Shown here piece after piece: positions 58,716 to 64,000 of a DNA stretch of 64,000 nucleotides (position 1 is the first letter of the stretch; every line of letters starts with the position of its first letter). The notes under the pieces are model-generated. The model saw nothing but the letters and a program-made list of their open reading frames with translations, searched no databases and had not been told where the DNA came from. The position numbers and the translations under genes were made by a program. This stretch comes from Chrysomallon squamiferum (Eukaryota; Animalia; Mollusca), in NCBI GenBank assembly GCA_012295275.1, contig CM022672.1, positions 1,488,001-1,552,000 of the forward strand, read 5' to 3'.

Positions 58716-61333
58716 ACTTCTCAAAAATAATTCAGGCACATTATTTGGATACTCTCCTGGGAAATGTTTTAAATCAGTATGCACATGAGTGATCAGAGAA
58801 AGAATTAAAAAAATCTCATCTCTGAAGTAAGTGCACACTTTAGTCTTCTGAGTGTCTGAAATGACAGTAATGTCAAGAAGAATACTTGAATGTCGTCCAT
58901 GAAGAGAATCTATCTGAAGGAGACAAATGTTATTAAGTCAGATCAATTTCATTCCATCTATCTTATTATCCCAGTCACGAGCTGATTAAAAACAGAAAAA
59001 AATGGTGTGTGCAAGAAATAAAAATATTTTTGGAAGTAGATTATGTCTTGTCTAGTCGTTGTCTTTACTAAATTCTTGTAGACATCTTTTGTCATAGAAA
59101 TTTAGATGTTACGAGTCTGGGGACAGATAATTTATAAAAACTTGCATGCTGAAGTGATATTAATGTATTTTTGTTGATAGGATAATAATGTGATAAATAT
59201 TAAGTTAAAGAAAGAATGAAGAAAGAAAAAGAGAAAAAAAGAAATGGATGAAAAGAAAGAGGATCAATGTAAATTTAAAAAAAAAGGGATGAATGGATGG
59301 ACTGATAGGAAAAGCAAGAGAGAATAAGTAATGGATGGACAGAAGAAAAGATGGGAAAATAATATGTGTGTAGATAGATAAATGTAGGGGATGTATGAAA
59401 ATTTGGAGTAAGTGGACAGATAAGCAAATGCAGATTCTGATAAAGGAGAAATACAGAAAAGTACTGTACAAACAGACTGATAAATCAGTTGAGAAGATCA
59501 ATGGACACAACAGACAGATGGATGTATGCATGAAGACTATCAGACATAGGTCAGTAAATATATTAATGAATGGAAACACAGATGGATGACTCTGCATCTG
59601 GACGGACAGAAATGAACAGGCGATCATTCATCCTCCACCTAATAACATTCTTAGACCACCGGTCATCATTCACTCTCCAACTGGTAATAACACTATCTGT
59701 CCAGCTGGTAAAGGTGCACGCTGACCATGTGGTCAGGCTCTTCTGACCAGACAGAACATCCTTGTGGTCAAGCTTTTATGATCAGAGAAAATAACCACAT
59801 GGTCAAGCTCTTACAATCAGACAGACAGACAGACAAGCAGCCATCACTGAGTACAGCCAAGTGGAACCAAAAATTTGACAAAGGATTTTTGAAGAGCAAG
59901 AGACTAGAACTAATTGTAGCTCACATCAGTATATCTGAAGATGTACAAGTAGCCAGTAAGTGCTACCATGTTAGTTAATTAACCGTGAAACTCACACTGT
60001 CTTTAGGACTTTATGACAAGCCCTATGGCAGAATGGACAAATAACACTCTGTTAGAAAATATTCCTGGCAAAGTCAGATATTATTCCCATATTAGACATC
60101 TTTGAAAAAAAAATTCTGATGGAAATATGCAAAAGGTAACAAAACTCAGTATGGACAGTTACTGAGTTAGGTATGTTATTTAAAAAACCAGCACTATATA
60201 GATTATTTGATAAAGTTTTTCTTATGACTGGAAGTTTCTCTCTCCTGTTCATAATTATTTTAGTTAGATACAAACACATGCATACATTCACACACACACA
60301 CATATAAATATACACAAACCCACATATTTACACACACACACACACAGATATTATCATTGTTTTTGTTAATTTTTTTTTTTTTTTTTTTACATGAATAAAA
60401 CAAAACCTAAACCCATTATCACAAACATATGACATCAAAAATCTTCTTTTTTTTTTTAAACCATTATTATTTCACATACATCATTTAAAAACATTCTCAA
60501 TATCCATTTGTAATTTCAAAAAGCAGTTTTATATTTTTCAATAACTTAACAAACTAAATTCCTGTTCAAATTGCATGTTACTGTGAGATAAAAACAACAA
60601 TTCTGACCCCCAGTTCAGGGATTGTACAACAATCTTACAACAACAGCCAGCACATCAAAGACTACAGCTCTGAGCAGACAAGGGGTAGATACATCAGATA
60701 ACACACACCTTGGATCCAGTTACTTATCTGTTTGCTGTTAGGTATGACGTTGGCATAAAGACCTCGTTTATTTACAGTGGGGATTATAATTGTCTTTTTT
60801 CTTATTATACATTAAAATATGCATAAGTTTTAAGTTATGCAAAATAATGTCATGTTGGTCTTACAGGCAGGAAGTGAATGTTGTGAGATTAGATTTGAGA
60901 AACTGTTTTTGGTTTCCAGTTCTAACCACTGCTCTTTGATTGACATAGTGAAGTAATGGTAATTATGTTTGATAAGTTCGTGTTTGCTGAGTGACATTTG
61001 AATCATTTTATTATTAGCAGATATAAGGTTTGACTTAATGATTTCTTGGGACACTTTGATGAGGAATTAATTATCTTTTGTTTTTTTTGTGTATAAACAG
61101 GATCACATTTAACATTATCAGTTTTTCATACATGTGAGAGGAAATCATTAAAATAAATTTTCATAAACTGTAATTAAAAGAATTAATTACTGATTATGTT
61201 ACCTGTTATTTTTTTCTTTACTTTATTTATTTTTATTATCATTAATATTTTTGCTTTTTGTTTATTTATTTATTATTTATTTAGTTATTTTCATTTTATT
61301 TCTTTTTAATTTTTATTCTTTCCCAGTCTTTTT

Positions 61334-61366
<33 letters not shown>

Positions 61367-61652
61367 TATACATTTTACAAGGTAAATTTGATAGGCATAA
61401 CTTTCTTTTTTAATGTATTTTTTTTTTAACCTTTTTAGTTTTTATTTTATTTTATTTTATCAAAAAGAAGAAAAAAAAAAGCATGAAAGTCACACTAAAG
61501 ACATTAATTCTGCAGTATATGAAAGGTATAACAAATTACTCAGTGTTATGTTTACACCTGCAACAGTAGGAGTTTCACTGTGTTTTATTTCACATATACC
61601 AGCATGTAACAGAAACCCTTGTGTTACATAATAACATGAGATAAACAAAAAA

Positions 61653-61698
<46 letters not shown>

Positions 61699-62374
61699 GT
61701 TATGACTTTATCAATATTTTAAAGAACCAAGGCAGAGTCATTCCAAATTTCAAATAATGAATGAATGAATGAAATAATGAATAAATGAATGAATTAATGA
61801 ATGAATGTTTAACAACATTCCAGCAGAATGAAAAAAAAAAACAGATCAGTTATTGGGTGTCAGACAGAGGTAACTATTAAACCAGGAGTTCATATGTAAT
61901 TCAATTAATCTGCCCTTGAAAGACAATCAGTAAAATTGATATGGATAGAGTTATCTTTTCTTTTAAATCGTCTCTAGTGATGAAAGAACAAAGATGGCCA
62001 TTGTGAAAACAATATCAGCTTCGCATGTGAGAGAAAAAACGAGACACTGACTGTATTGTTTTCAAAATGTGCTGTCTCACTGACATCAGAGGCTTTTGTA
62101 ATCCTCTCTCTCTCTAACGATGATCTGTGTGTTTTCTACACATGCACATCTGAATTGCAAATAAGCCAATAAAGCAAGTACTTGAAGTAAGGAAATAAAA
62201 TTGAAGACTCTAGTGAAGATAGATTTTTTTTTTTTAATTTTTTTTTTTTTTTTTTTTTTTTTTCCTGTTAAGATCTTGCTTTCCAATATTTTTAAGTGAT
62301 TTTAGAATCATGTCAATTTCTTAACATTTGCACTTGGTAACTTTTGCATTAAACATGAATGTAACAATTATTTC

Positions 62375-62417
<43 letters not shown>

Positions 62418-63515
62418 TACATCTGGGTATAATCTGAATACGTTATGTGAACAAATGCTGAAATAAATCAGAATGTAACAAGTCACAGACACAGAAATAG
62501 ACTGAAATGGCCTAGGCAACAAATATTTTACCTTGTTCACCTATCTTGGCTTTAACTAAAATTTATAACTGGGAGGTAAGCTGCAAATCCATAAATGCAG
62601 CAGGGGGCAGACAAGTCAATATCTGAGGGTGGAACACATGCTTAAGAAACACACCCATTCCCTTCTGTTTATTATGATCAATGTTCTTTTTATCTTTATA
62701 ATGAAATTTGTTTTATCTTTAAAGTTATATCCATCATAGCCATGGATGTATTGTGATACATCAAAATAGTGATAGCTGAGCTATGCTATTATACTACAGC
62801 AAGCGATATTTTTCTCAAAACACAATTTTTACATCTGATAGTCTTTAGGAGGTATTTGCAATATATGTATGTCTGTGTGCTGATGTGGTGTGTGTGTAGG
62901 TGTGTGTGTGTGTGTGTGTGTGTAAATAAACACACACATTCAGAGTTAAAAAGCAAGTCAAAACCTTTAACTGTTCCTACAAGCAGCAGTAACAATAAAC
63001 AACAATTGGTGTTTCCTTGCTTTTACCACTTAATTTCTTTTTCAATATTTGTAAAGTAGCTGAAAAAATCCATTTATAGATGGATAATTATTTAACCACA
63101 CTAACCAACACTATTCAATCATGCCTCTCATGGACCCATTCTTAGAGAGTTCTGTTCAAAATGAGGAAAAAACAAGTCTTGACATGGCCTTTTAACATTA
63201 GGCAAAAAAAAAACCACTATAAAAAAGGCTAAATGGTTTTCACTAAGCCGTGAGATGGTTTTTCCCTTTCTGGAAATTCCTAATTTGCACACTGTAACAT
63301 GAGGCCAACCCTCCCAACCTCTAACCTCAGCACACACCACCTGTTACTCCTCTCAACAACACATCCAGCTATCTGTTGTAATAACCCAGCTCTCCTGCAC
63401 TTGATAAGAGGCTCTTTACTGGGTTAGTGAGTGAGTGAGTGGTCTGTTGTAGAACAATTAGAAAGACATTGGTAGTTAGATGTCAACTGATCGATGACCA
63501 GATAGCAGGCTTTTT

Positions 63516-63665
63516 TGTGTGTGTGTGTGTGTGTGTGTGTAAAAGACTGTAAGTGTATGGATAATATTGTATGTTTGTTGTGTGTGTGTGTGTGTGTATA
63601 TATGTATGTTTTTATACGATTTATATATATGTGTGTGTGTGTGTGTGTGTATATATGTGTGTGTA

Positions 63666-63717
<52 letters not shown>
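63516..63717. repeat. (TG)n/(TA)n compound microsatellite
   Basis: Direct reading. Confidence 0.9.
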
Positions 63718-63718
<1 letters not shown>

Positions 63719-64000
63719 ACACATTCAAGTCTGTTGCTGTATGAATGTATGGGTAATTCAGATGTGAACAGTTATGTGTATGTGTTTGTGTGTATTATGT
63801 TCATTATCCTTTAACTCAACACAAGTGAACTCAGACACTGCTTTGTGTTTACAAATATTTGTGACAGTTCTTCTCTGTACCTGGTTCACTGCTCATTGCA
63901 CCAGCAGAAAGCACTGAGGAAATCTGAATGATGCTGATGAGTTCGGAAAGCAGGAAACCAGAAAATTACAACCAACCTGAACATAAATTGACATAGGTTT

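Overview
AT-rich animal genomic DNA with spliceosomal GT-AG introns and dense microsatellites. The SINE remnants suggest a mollusc, probably a gastropod (inference). I built three protein-coding genes exon by exon with consistent splice phases. (1) The 5' part of KCMF1 on the minus strand (exons 2775-2790, 881-1048, 226-365), continuing off the left edge. (2) A complete 6-exon QDPR (dihydropteridine reductase) on the plus strand, 4438-8887, 235 aa, head-to-head with KCMF1. (3) A large ADGRA2/ADGRA3 (GPR124/GPR125)-type adhesion GPCR on the minus strand, with 15 exons from 51562 to the stop at 17646 (LRR-LRRCT-Ig-HRM-GAIN/GPS-7TM-long tail-ETSV); its 5' exons were not found and probably lie beyond the right edge. 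Most other ORFs in the track are microsatellite artefacts. I see no CRISPR, rRNA, intact tRNA or intact transposase, and no new multi-gene system that I can support. The best leads are local. A 49-bp triplication of an intron/exon junction creates in-frame 24-nt proto-microexons. An intronic 19-bp minisatellite carries 7 TCF/LEF sites inside a Wnt-linked receptor gene. There is also a triple nuclear-receptor DR1 element, a Tyr-repeat insert in the receptor tail, a canonical GPS cleavage site, and QDPR-ADGRA linkage that mirrors human 4p15.
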